DNA of 64,000 nt, taken from positions 132,014 through 196,013 of the forward strand of contig JBAYGT010000001.1 in NCBI GenBank assembly GCA_041666525.1, given 5' to 3'. Positions 18,783 through 28,250 of the stretch are shown one piece after another; positions within the stretch are counted from its first letter, which is position 1; each line of letters opens with the position of its first letter. The translations under genes were made by a program, and so were the position numbers. Under the pieces are notes generated by a model. That model was not told where the DNA came from. It was given only the letters and a program-made list of their open reading frames with translations, and ran no database searches. This stretch comes from Negativicutes bacterium. GTDB taxonomy: Bacteria; Bacillota; Negativicutes; JBAXTZ01.

Positions 18783-20444
18783 CTATTTGTAAAAACAAGA
18801 ATTCCCGATAAATTCACGAAGTATTGATGTTGGCGGAATATTGCTCTCATCGTCTATCAGGCAGAAATACCCCAAAAATTTCAACAACCGCTGTGCCTCA
18901 TAATACTGAATTTCATCTTTACCAATTTCGGCTAGCAACGGCAACGCGTAACGCCGCAAAACAGCTAATTCGTAAATTAACGCGGAGTTAAACATTACGT
19001 CCGCATCTTCCTGATAAGGAAAAATGTTTTTCTCCTCACCCCGGCGTACCGATTTCCACATTTTCAAAGTATTTAGTGCCGAATTTCCGCGATACTTGTT
19101 ATCGCGAACAATTCGGCGAATCAATCGCGCCTCTGTTGTCGGAATCCGGTTGTGATTATCGATTGAAAGCTGAGTCAGCGCACTGATGTAAATTTTGAAT
19201 TTATTTTTTCGCAAAACCGATGCTGTCAATTTATCATTCAACCCATGAATTCCTTCGATAAGCAACATTTGATCAGCTTTTAACTGAATGCGCCGTTTTC
19301 CTTTGATTCGTCTGCCAGCCTTGAAATCAAAAGTTGGCAACAAAACTTCTTCACCATTTAATAATTGCTGCAAATGCATATTAAATAATTCCAAATCAAT
19401 TGCTTCAAGCGCTTCAAAATCGAATTCGTCTCGTTCGTCCTTCGGCGTACGTTCACGGTCGACAAAATAATCATCCAGTGAAACCGGCACCGGTCGCAAC
19501 CCGTTTACCTGAAGCTGAATCCTTAAACGATTGGCAAATGTCGTCTTTCCCGATGAAGACGGACCGGCAATCAAGACTACCCGTGCATCCGGTTTTGCTA
19601 AAATCGCATCAGCAATTTGAGCGAGTTTCTTTTCATGCAACGCCTCAGCCACTCTGATTATTTCATTAGCGCCGCCATTGGTAATATGCTCGTTAAGATC
19701 TGACAAATAACGGCAATCGAGAATTTTGCCCCATTGCTCAGCTTCGTGAAATACCTGAGCAAGATTGGGTTGATCGACAAAATCCGGCAATCGATCCGGC
19801 TGTGCTTTATCAGGCACCAACAAAACTATACCGCTTGGTGGATAATATTCGAGCGAGAAAACGCGCAAATATTCAGTGTTTGGCACTAATGATCCATAAA
19901 AGTAATCGTAATTATCACCACAAAAATATAAACGTACCTGTTCTAACTCAATTTGCTTGAGCAATTTTATTTTGCTGTGCTGACGCGTCACTTCAAACAT
20001 CTCAATCGCAACCTGTTTATCAACAGCTTTTGAAAAAATCGGTAGTTTTTGAGCAACGATGTCACGCATTTTTTGTTCAATATTTCTAAAGTCGCCGGTT
20101 GTAAGCCTTCTTCCCATAGAAAGTTCGCAATAATAGCCCTTACCAATTGAGTTTCTGATAGAAACATCGCTGTTCTCATATAATTGCTTGACAGCCATTA
20201 CCAATAAAAAAAACACACTTCTAAGATAAACCGTATTACCAATATCCGAACCGGTATCAAATAAATCAAACTCAACATCTTCATTGATTATGGTATTTAA
20301 ACTGGAAATACGTTTGTTTATCGATGCTGCCACAATCGGGTAGTGAAAGTGCCACTTGTATTCTTCGGCAATCAATTGCGCCGAAACACCTTTAGCATAT
20401 TCCCGAACCGTACCGTCGGGAAAAGTCAACTTTATCAAGTCCAT
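18783..20444 (-). CDS. TGS-domain / uridine-kinase-family (PRK-like P-loop) fusion protein
   Basis: 553 aa. The N-terminus has a TGS-like fold (MDLIKLTFPDGTVREY...). The C-terminus has a Walker A motif (LIAGPSSSGKTTFANRL) of the uridine kinase/phosphoribulokinase family. Confidence 0.7.
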   Translation of the reverse strand: MDLIKLTFPDGTVREYAKGVSAQLIAEEYKWHFHYPIVAASINKRISSLNTIINEDVEFDLFDTGSDIGNTVYLRSVFFLLVMAVKQLYENSDVSIRNSIGKGYYCELSMGRRLTTGDFRNIEQKMRDIVAQKLPIFSKAVDKQVAIEMFEVTRQHSKIKLLKQIELEQVRLYFCGDNYDYFYGSLVPNTEYLRVFSLEYYPPSGIVLLVPDKAQPDRLPDFVDQPNLAQVFHEAEQWGKILDCRYLSDLNEHITNGGANEIIRVAEALHEKKLAQIADAILAKPDARVVLIAGPSSSGKTTFANRLRIQLQVNGLRPVPVSLDDYFVDRERTPKDERDEFDFEALEAIDLELFNMHLQQLLNGEEVLLPTFDFKAGRRIKGKRRIQLKADQMLLIEGIHGLNDKLTASVLRKNKFKIYISALTQLSIDNHNRIPTTEARLIRRIVRDNKYRGNSALNTLKMWKSVRRGEEKNIFPYQEDADVMFNSALIYELAVLRRYALPLLAEIGKDEIQYYEAQRLLKFLGYFCLIDDESNIPPTSILREFIGNSCFYK

Positions 20445-20471
20445 TTTTTCTCCAAATATGCAACAATATCG

Positions 20472-21476
20472 CTACACAATCCAGGCAATCAACTCTACAC
20501 AACCATACGACAAAGCGCCAACAGCCATCGAACAGGGTATCGTCAAAAACCATGCCGAAAAAATTTTCCGGGCAGTCCCCCAACGCACAGCATTCATGCG
20601 TTTGGCAGCTCCTACTCCCATGATTGAACATGATACTACATGAGTTGTGCTTACTGGCAAATGTAACAAAGTTGCTCCAAAAATTATAACCGATGAATTG
20701 ACATCGGCTGCAAATCCAGATAATGCGTCCAACTTAAAGATTTTTCCGCTCATGGTCTTTATGATTCGATAGCCCCCAATAGCAGTACCTGAAGCCATAG
20801 CAAGCGAAGCTGCGATTTTTACCCAGAACGGTACTTCCATAGCCGAAATAAATCCGCCAGATAATAATGCCAGCGTAATAATACCCATGCCTTTTTGCGC
20901 ATCGTTTGAACCATTAGAGAATGCAATCATAGCCGCGGACATGATCTGCAATTTTTTGAACCGCCGATTGATTTTCAAAGGTGACCATTTGCCAAAAATC
21001 CAAAAAAATATGATCATTATCACATATCCGAGAACCATTGCCATTAACGGCGAAAAAATCAGAGATTTGAAAATTTTCAATATTCCATCAATCTTCAAAG
21101 CCGCCGGCCCACTTGACACCAATACCGCGCCAATAATTCCTCCCAACAAAGCGTGCGACGAACTGGAAGGAATGCCATAATACCACGTAAATAAATTCCA
21201 AAATATCGCACCAAACATTGCCGCTAATATTATTTCCGGGCTAATAAGTTTTGAGTCGGCAATGTCATCGCCAATGGTTTTGGCCACACCGGTGCTGTAC
21301 ATCGCACCCAAAAGATTCATAACTGCTGCCATCATTACAGCAACTTTCGGCGTTAAAGCACGGGTTGAAACTGCAGTAGATATTGCGTTCGCCGAATCAT
21401 GAAATCCATTAATAAAATCGAAAATCAATGCCGAAGCTACGACAAAAATAATCAATATTAACGACATGCTAAGCAT
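20472..21476 (-). CDS. pit: Inorganic phosphate transporter, PiT family
   Basis: 334 aa polytopic membrane protein with the paired PiT motifs (GFHDSANAI / GSNDAQKGMG). Confidence 0.85.
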   Translation of the reverse strand: MLSMSLILIIFVVASALIFDFINGFHDSANAISTAVSTRALTPKVAVMMAAVMNLLGAMYSTGVAKTIGDDIADSKLISPEIILAAMFGAIFWNLFTWYYGIPSSSSHALLGGIIGAVLVSSGPAALKIDGILKIFKSLIFSPLMAMVLGYVIMIIFFWIFGKWSPLKINRRFKKLQIMSAAMIAFSNGSNDAQKGMGIITLALLSGGFISAMEVPFWVKIAASLAMASGTAIGGYRIIKTMSGKIFKLDALSGFAADVNSSVIIFGATLLHLPVSTTHVVSCSIMGVGAAKRMNAVRWGTARKIFSAWFLTIPCSMAVGALSYGCVELIAWIV

Positions 21477-22098
21477 ACTTCATCACCAAACCGCGGATAA
21501 AATGTGCAAAGTCATCGCAATGATCAAGCGCATTCTCCAATAATTCGAAAACTTCTTTCCATTTGATAACTTCTATTGGATCTGCACAATTGGCAAACAA
21601 ACTTGCTAATTCTCGATTATAAATCCTATCGCCCTCATCTTCTAACTCAATGATATTGTAACACTGCTCCAGTATCTCTTCGCGATTTTTTTTGATGCTT
21701 TGCATAAATTTAAATATTAAAAATAGTTCGTCTACGCACGACGCCAATAATCTGCTCATTTCTACTGCACCAGCAATCGGTTTTTTGATTCTAAAAACCA
21801 CCAGCCGATCCATTATTTCTTTTATCAATCCTACGAGATTTTTTAGTTTTTTGTTAATGGCAAATATTTCTTCCCGATCAATCGGTGTGATGAAACTTTG
21901 ATTCAATTTGTCAATAACAGCTTCAGACAGCTCGATTGCAGCATAGTCAATATGCGATATTTTTTCGAAATTATCATTAATCAAATTCAAATCATCGAAA
22001 GCCGCAATCAACAATTCTGAACTCTGTTGCGACAATTTTGCCGAATCTAAAAACCACACAAAAAATTTGTCTTCTCGCGGTTTTAAAAACGAAAACAT
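21469..22098 (-). CDS. DUF47 / PhoU-like Pit accessory protein
   Basis: 209 aa from MFSFLKPRE. RBS GGAGGA lies upstream. It overlaps pit by 8 nt, the usual pit–DUF47 pairing. Confidence 0.75.
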   Translation of the reverse strand: MFSFLKPREDKFFVWFLDSAKLSQQSSELLIAAFDDLNLINDNFEKISHIDYAAIELSEAVIDKLNQSFITPIDREEIFAINKKLKNLVGLIKEIMDRLVVFRIKKPIAGAVEMSRLLASCVDELFLIFKFMQSIKKNREEILEQCYNIIELEDEGDRIYNRELASLFANCADPIEVIKWKEVFELLENALDHCDDFAHFIRGLVMKYA

Positions 22099-22102
22099 TT
22101 TA

Positions 22103-23350
22103 CTATCCTCCGTGTTTTGATATAGCCGATTTAGTCTTTGCCGCGACACCGTAAATCTTATGCACTGGAACACCACAAATGGCCAGACGCACTCCTTTTT
22201 CCAGCGCAACGCCAAAAATATTATCGTTGGCTAACTCTTGCCATACTGCCTGCGGATTTTTAGCCGGAATTGTTATAAAAAACCCGGCACGATATGGAAG
22301 ATATTCTAATTGACAAATCTGCGCTTCGGTCTCAAAAAGTTGTGTACGGGCAGTTATCATATCAATATATTGCTTTCTTTCGAATTCAGTATTGGCAAAT
22401 AACGTTTGATCTTTGTATACATCAACCAATATCTGCATAGCACCACGGTTGCAATTTGACCACGCCGCACGCGCCGCACGCTCGTTGATTGTTTTGAATT
22501 CTTCAATCGCAGCTGCACTACTACTCACACCAACAAGCGCTCCGCAACGCTGACCATATAAAGTAAAGCTCTTTGACATTGAAAAAGCAATCAAGATTAG
22601 GATTTTTTTCGAAAGACCGCCAAATTTCCGCATAAACGCACGAACTTTGTTTCGTTCACCGGCAAAATCAATATAAGCTATATCGGCAACAAGCGTGATT
22701 TTTTTGTCAGTACGCCGTTGAGCGGTTGTTATCGAATCTATTACAACGTCCCATTCGGAATCCGTCAAGGAGTATCCAACCGGATTATGCCCCGGCGAAT
22801 TGATTATTATCAACAAACTGTCTTGTTTGTCAATCAGCTGATTGACTTTAATATCAAAATCAACCGCATTAAAACCATGCGCTTCATTAAAAAACTCAAA
22901 GGTTTCGAACCGACGCTCGTTATTATCGGCCATTGTCCGGTACGGTCCCCAAAACCAATCATGTGTCAATATCGCATCATTTCTTTCGCTATAGCAAAAT
23001 ATCGAATTGCGAATAGCACCGGATCCACCGGGAGTTGCCACGACCGCAATATTGGCCTCTGGTCTGTTGTCCGCAAAAACTGCCTGCTCAACGGTCGCTA
23101 AATAATCCGGTGTACCGCTTATCGGTGCATATGCCGCAAAATCCGGCACCTTAAGCGAACGAAATAACCGTTCAACTGTAGGCAGACAAACCAGATTTTC
23201 ATCTTCATCATACACTGCGCCTAACGTGGCGTTGACAATGCTTTTCTTGCCCAAATTTTTTATTGCTGCCACACAAGCGTTGCTTGCACCGAAAAATGGA
23301 TCCGGCAAAACACGATTATCGATATGTGAAGCTGACATTCTCTCGGACAT
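22103..23350 (-). CDS. Class I/II PLP-dependent aminotransferase (aspartate/aromatic type)
   Basis: 415 aa from MSERMSASH with GAGGG upstream. It has the conserved SKSF pyridoxal-Lys motif (FSMSKSFTLYGQRCG). Confidence 0.8.
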   Translation of the reverse strand: MSERMSASHIDNRVLPDPFFGASNACVAAIKNLGKKSIVNATLGAVYDEDENLVCLPTVERLFRSLKVPDFAAYAPISGTPDYLATVEQAVFADNRPEANIAVVATPGGSGAIRNSIFCYSERNDAILTHDWFWGPYRTMADNNERRFETFEFFNEAHGFNAVDFDIKVNQLIDKQDSLLIIINSPGHNPVGYSLTDSEWDVVIDSITTAQRRTDKKITLVADIAYIDFAGERNKVRAFMRKFGGLSKKILILIAFSMSKSFTLYGQRCGALVGVSSSAAAIEEFKTINERAARAAWSNCNRGAMQILVDVYKDQTLFANTEFERKQYIDMITARTQLFETEAQICQLEYLPYRAGFFITIPAKNPQAVWQELANDNIFGVALEKGVRLAICGVPVHKIYGVAAKTKSAISKHGG

Positions 23351-23401
23351 AACACTACCCTCTCTTAATATCACTTATTTGTTATTTTGTTGTATTGTAA
23401 T

Positions 23402-24640
23402 TTATTTTATCTCGTCATCTTTGTCAAAAAATTTGTTGTGAATAGCATTTACAGCTTCTTTTAAATATTTATTGTGAATCAGACAAGAAATACATATTTC
23501 CGAAGTACTAATTACATCAACATTAATGTCGGCTTCTGCTAAAGCACCAAACATCATTGCAGCAACCGCCGGCCTTCCCATCATTGAAGAACCGACCACG
23601 GATACTTTGGCCATGTTTTCTTCGATAATAACATCTGAACATTTTATTTCAGCACTAATTTTTTCCAATACATTGCGGGTGTGAAACAGATCAGTACGTG
23701 GAACAGTGAACAGAATATCTTGTTTGCCAGTATCCACATCACGGTTACTCTGAACTATCATATCCACTTCAATATTGTTTTTTGCCATTGTTTCAAAAAC
23801 CCTGAACGCAACACCGGGCGCATCAGGAACACCATGCAAAACAATTTTTACGACGTTATTATCATGAGCCACACCGCGAATAACATATTCCTTTTCGGAC
23901 ATCATAGTATACTTCCTCCGAATAATTGTTCCCTCTTCCATTGTAAAGGTTGAGCGGACATGAATATCAACTCCATAGTGCCCGCCCATCTCGACAGCGC
24001 GTGGTTGCATAACTACTGCGCCCAGACGGGCCATTTCCAGCATATCATCATAGGTAATTTCATTCATTTTGCGTGCTTTTTTTACAATACGCGGATCGGC
24101 GGTATATACGCCATCAACATCAGTAAATATCTCGCAAACATCGGCACGCAAGGCTCCGGCAAGACCAACGGCAGTTGTATCCGAGCCGCCACGCCCCAGT
24201 GTCGTAATATCACCGTCTTCGGTCACTCCTTGAAATCCGGCAACAATGACTATCTTACCATCATTTAGTGATTGTTGCACGCGAACAGGTTTAATTTCCT
24301 TGATCCGCGCTTTATTAAATATTTTGGTAGTTTTTATACCGGCTTGCTCGCCGGTATAAGACACTGCCGCCACTCCTAAACGCATAAACGTCATCGCCAT
24401 TAATGCAATTGATACCTGCTCACCAGTCGCCAGCAACATATCCATTTCACGCGGAAAAGAATCCGCAGTGACAGCTTCTGCCAAAGTCAGCAAATGATCT
24501 GTGGAATCGCCCATCGCTGAAACTACCAACACAATTTTATCGTCCGGCTTTCTCTCAGCCAAAACACGGTTGCAAATATTCAACATTTTTTCTGGCGTTG
24601 CTACCGAACTACCGCCAAATTTTTTAACAATTAAAGCCAT
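23402..24640 (-). CDS. lysC: Aspartate kinase with C-terminal ACT domains
   Basis: It starts MALIVKKFGGSSV (GGAGGAACA-ATG). The kinase core is followed by tandem ACT domains. Confidence 0.9.
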   Translation of the reverse strand: MALIVKKFGGSSVATPEKMLNICNRVLAERKPDDKIVLVVSAMGDSTDHLLTLAEAVTADSFPREMDMLLATGEQVSIALMAMTFMRLGVAAVSYTGEQAGIKTTKIFNKARIKEIKPVRVQQSLNDGKIVIVAGFQGVTEDGDITTLGRGGSDTTAVGLAGALRADVCEIFTDVDGVYTADPRIVKKARKMNEITYDDMLEMARLGAVVMQPRAVEMGGHYGVDIHVRSTFTMEEGTIIRRKYTMMSEKEYVIRGVAHDNNVVKIVLHGVPDAPGVAFRVFETMAKNNIEVDMIVQSNRDVDTGKQDILFTVPRTDLFHTRNVLEKISAEIKCSDVIIEENMAKVSVVGSSMMGRPAVAAMMFGALAEADINVDVISTSEICISCLIHNKYLKEAVNAIHNKFFDKDDEIK

Positions 24641-24652
24641 TGTTCCTCCGTG

Positions 24653-24712
24653 TAAAAAAAGAAAAGTGAACTGAAACACGACAGAAAAACTTCAAGTCGT
24701 GTCTCACTTCAC
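24653..24712 (-). terminator. Rho-independent terminator after the superoxide reductase gene, directly abutting the lysC RBS
   Basis: On the minus strand: GTGAAGTGAGACACGAC-(13 nt)-GTCGTGTTTCAGTTCAC then TTTTCTTTTTTT. GGAGG-ATG of lysC follows immediately. Confidence 0.7.
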
Positions 24713-24723
24713 AAAATTTCCGA

Positions 24724-25095
24724 TCAAACCACTTTTATCTCTCGATCGTTTTCCCAAAGTCCATGAATGTTACAATACGCGGACGCGATGATGCTACCGC
24801 TAGTTTGTAATTTTATTTTAGTTACTGCCACCGGATCGCCGACAACCGGCCCTTCCCCGTGCGCGTTAAATTCGAATTTACCAATATCGAATGCAAATTT
24901 TCCTTCCAAAGGTTTAAAAAACAGCTGAATCCAACGAATATGATGCTCTACAGTATCAGGATGGGGAATTTCCTCGCCGACTGACACCGATATTGTAAAT
25001 TTTTCACCGGCCACAACAGTATCGGGCGCATTAATGACTGGCACGTGTTTTTCAGCTTTCCAATCTGCGCTTTGAATGACGTCAGAAAATTTCAT
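24724..25095 (-). CDS. Superoxide reductase (neelaredoxin/desulfoferrodoxin ferrous-iron domain, single-domain class)
   Basis: 123 aa with the Fe-ligand pattern (EKHVP...HIRWI...CNIHG). Confidence 0.8.
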   Translation of the reverse strand: MKFSDVIQSADWKAEKHVPVINAPDTVVAGEKFTISVSVGEEIPHPDTVEHHIRWIQLFFKPLEGKFAFDIGKFEFNAHGEGPVVGDPVAVTKIKLQTSGSIIASAYCNIHGLWENDREIKVV

Positions 25096-25119
25096 AACTA
25101 CCTCCTACTTATAGATCAG

Positions 25120-26025
25120 CTATTTAGTGAAAGAACGGGTTTTTAACGAAAGCCAAATTTGGCTGGCATTGAATATCGATGAATATGTTCCGCAGAAAAA
25201 ACCAATCAATAACGCCAAACTAAAATTCTTTGTTGATTCACCACCAAAAAAATACAACGAAGCAGTACAAAACATAACTGTTGAAACAGTATAAATCGAA
25301 CGACGCATGGTCTGCCACAACGAAATATTCACTAGGGTTGGCAAGTCTTCGCCTTTTTTCATTTTTTTGAGATTTTCCCGAATTCTGTCAAAAATTACGA
25401 TAGTATCATTAATCGAATAACCAAGTATTGTGAGTATCGCTGCAACAAATGTTGCATCGATTTCCCAGCCAAATATCGAAAACAATCCTAACACGATAAA
25501 AACATCGTGAAACAGCGCAATAATTCCGGAAATCGCAAAAGTAAATTCAAAACGAATAGTAATATACACAATCATTAGTGCAGCCGATATTAATACCGCT
25601 AATATTGCATTTCTGGTAAGCTCCGACCCGATAATTGCGCCGACTTTTTCCGCGCGCAACATATCATAGTCACCAATAGCAGTCTTTGCCTTATCCAACA
25701 AGGCTCTTTCTTCCGCGACATCCAAGGCGCGGGTACGAATAAGCACTTCCTGCCCTTTGTCACTTTCTTCACTTCCAACCATTTGAATTACCGGATTTTG
25801 TATATTTTCGGAATTCAAGAAAGTTCGCACCTGCTCAACCGTGACCGGCTGCTTAAATTTCAAATCCAGTAAAGAACCACCAGTGAAATCAATGCCTAAA
25901 TTAAATCCTCTGAAACCAATAGAAACCAATCCCGGAATTAGAATAAGCAAAGAAAAAACAAACCAAATTATACGTTTATGTACCAAATCAAATTTTATCA
26001 TTTCAATCATACCCCTACACGCCAA
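25120..26025 (-). CDS. secF: Protein translocase subunit SecF
   Basis: 301 aa, 6 TM, SecF family. The exact start is uncertain (several in-frame Met). It overlaps the end of secD. Confidence 0.88.
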   Translation of the reverse strand: MACRGMIEMIKFDLVHKRIIWFVFSLLILIPGLVSIGFRGFNLGIDFTGGSLLDLKFKQPVTVEQVRTFLNSENIQNPVIQMVGSEESDKGQEVLIRTRALDVAEERALLDKAKTAIGDYDMLRAEKVGAIIGSELTRNAILAVLISAALMIVYITIRFEFTFAISGIIALFHDVFIVLGLFSIFGWEIDATFVAAILTILGYSINDTIVIFDRIRENLKKMKKGEDLPTLVNISLWQTMRRSIYTVSTVMFCTASLYFFGGESTKNFSLALLIGFFCGTYSSIFNASQIWLSLKTRSFTK

Positions 26026-27235
26026 ACTTCTTGCCGTCTTTGCCGCTAAAACCGCTAATTAACCATTTAAGCATAAACTGGGTTCCAACCAACGCGGTAG
26101 CAAGATTTAGCACAATACCTAACCCAAGATTAAGCGCAAAGCCTTTTACCAGACTTGTGCCAAGAATATACAAAATCGCCGCTGCAATAAAAGTTGTCGC
26201 ATGAGCGTCAATTACGGTAGCAAAAGCCCGGGAAAACCCTGCATCCATTGCTGCACGTAACGTTTTTCCGGCGCGAAACTCTTCCTTGAAACGTTCAAAT
26301 ATTAAAATATTAGTATCCACCGCCATCCCCATTGACAAAATTAAGCCGGCAATACCAGGCAACGTTAACGTCGCTCCCAATAACTTTAAACACCCTAATA
26401 ACAAAACTACATACAGCAATAACGCAACGTTAGCCACAAATCCGGCCATACGATACACTATTAACATGAATAACACAATGGCAACGATGCCGATCAAGAA
26501 AGCCCACTGACTTTTTGCTTTTGAGTCAGCACCAAGTGTAGGTCCGATAGTACGAGTTTCCAATATCTCGACTTTTACCGGCAAAGCTCCTGATCTAAGC
26601 AACACAGCTAACCTTTGTGCTTCATCAAGCGATTTTTCGCCGGTAATAATTGCCTTACCGTCAGGAATTGCCGATTCAACAATCGGGTTGGTCAACACCT
26701 GATTGTCAAGCAGAATGGCGATATGCTTACCGACATTTGCCGCAGTTGCATCCCCAAACAGCTTGGCTCCTTCAGCTGTGAATTCCAAATTGACAATTGC
26801 ACGATTATTGCCATCCATTTGCGCTTTGGAATCCTTTAAGTCCTTTCCAGATAACAAAGATTTACCGGATTCATCTCTGAATTCCAGGTACCCGGTCTTG
26901 CCCAGCATTTCTATGGCCTTCTCCGGGTCTTTAACTCCGGGAAGTTCAACGATAATACGATGTGAACCTTGTTCGCGCTGAATAATCGGTTCGGTCAGTC
27001 CCAACCCGTTTACGCGCAACTCAATAATTTTCTGAACACGGTTCATAGCATCTTCGTCGACTTTAGCGTCTTTAGTGTCAACCGCCTGAACAACAACGTG
27101 TGTTCCTCCTTGCAAATCAAGGCCTTGCCGAATCGACATCGCCAACGGTTGAACAAAATATCCACACACTGCGATAATAATTACCACTAAAATAGCAAAT
27201 CTACTGAAATTTCCCTTCCCCAAGGCAACCTCCAT
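26015..27235 (-). CDS. secD: Protein translocase subunit SecD
   Basis: 406 aa, SecD family, adjacent to secF. Confidence 0.9.
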   Translation of the reverse strand: MEVALGKGNFSRFAILVVIIIAVCGYFVQPLAMSIRQGLDLQGGTHVVVQAVDTKDAKVDEDAMNRVQKIIELRVNGLGLTEPIIQREQGSHRIIVELPGVKDPEKAIEMLGKTGYLEFRDESGKSLLSGKDLKDSKAQMDGNNRAIVNLEFTAEGAKLFGDATAANVGKHIAILLDNQVLTNPIVESAIPDGKAIITGEKSLDEAQRLAVLLRSGALPVKVEILETRTIGPTLGADSKAKSQWAFLIGIVAIVLFMLIVYRMAGFVANVALLLYVVLLLGCLKLLGATLTLPGIAGLILSMGMAVDTNILIFERFKEEFRAGKTLRAAMDAGFSRAFATVIDAHATTFIAAAILYILGTSLVKGFALNLGLGIVLNLATALVGTQFMLKWLISGFSGKDGKKFGV

Positions 27236-27345
27236 ATCTCAATTTAACAGCGATATTATAGACTATTCACAAATAATATTCAACATAAAGCTTGAACTAC
27301 AGTTTTTTCATTTCAAAACCAAACAATAACTAATTAACGCCACAC

Positions 27346-28110
27346 TCACCCAAACAAATATTCATAGGCTTCAGGAAATTTTCTTGCCCAGTACGCTTCA
27401 TTATGTTGTCCGTCTTCATCGATAATTAGTTTAACATTATGTCCACAATCTTTAAGAGCATTTGCTACTTCACAAACGTTCGGTGTAAACCGCGTAGCAA
27501 TGTCAAAATCACAGTGCGCAGCCTCACTTTCACCGGCACAAATATAACATTTAATCGTCTGGTCAATCGGATGACATATTACTGTGTCAGCAGTCAAATA
27601 CAAAGACGGTGAAAGCGCACCAACTAAACCAAAAACAGCAGGATACTTCAAGGCTGCATAAATTGAAGTTTGGCCACCAAATGAGCTTCCCATAATTCCT
27701 GTTTGCTCACGGTTGATGCATGTACGAAAATTGGCATCAATATATGGTTTTAAGGTCTCGACAATAAAATCAACATAATGATCGCAATCAATACAGCCCG
27801 GCGATAATTCTTGATTGCGAAATGTTCCGCTTTCGATACCGACAACAATTATACCGCGATCACAGTTTTCTCTTGAAAGTGCTTCTAGTGTATCATCAAC
27901 ACTCCACTCACCGCAGAATGATGTTTCCGGTGCAAACAAATTCTGTCCGTCGTGCATGTAGAGTACTGGGTAATCAATTTTAGATTCATCATAATTGCGC
28001 GGCAGATAAATCCAGATTTTCCGTTCGCGACTTAATTGCGGCATCATAAACTTCTCAATAATTTTGACGTTACCGATAACGCCACCAACATAAGATAATA
28101 ATTCAATCAT
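27346..28110 (-). CDS. Putative esterase (alpha/beta hydrolase, enterochelin-esterase-like family)
   Basis: 254 aa with YPVLYMHDGQNLF and a GxSxG nucleophile (IMGSSFGGQ). Confidence 0.7.
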   Translation of the reverse strand: MIELLSYVGGVIGNVKIIEKFMMPQLSRERKIWIYLPRNYDESKIDYPVLYMHDGQNLFAPETSFCGEWSVDDTLEALSRENCDRGIIVVGIESGTFRNQELSPGCIDCDHYVDFIVETLKPYIDANFRTCINREQTGIMGSSFGGQTSIYAALKYPAVFGLVGALSPSLYLTADTVICHPIDQTIKCYICAGESEAAHCDFDIATRFTPNVCEVANALKDCGHNVKLIIDEDGQHNEAYWARKFPEAYEYLFG

Positions 28111-28124
28111 TTATCTTTCAATCC

Positions 28125-28153
28125 TTGACATAAACTTGTAATTTCCATAAAAT
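28125..28153 (+). promoter_or_regulatory. Sigma70-type promoter for the ATP-grasp / alpha-E / transglutaminase operon
   Basis: TTGACA at 28125-28130, an exact 17-nt spacer, and TAAAAT at 28148-28153. The first CDS starts about 97 nt downstream with GGGGTGA upstream of its ATG. Confidence 0.6.
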
Positions 28154-28250
28154 AGTATCATAAACTCAACGAACAATAAATAGCATTCAGACCTTTGTCT
28201 AAAAAAAACTGCAAAGGCTGCTTTTTTTATTATGATGTAGGGGTGAAATT

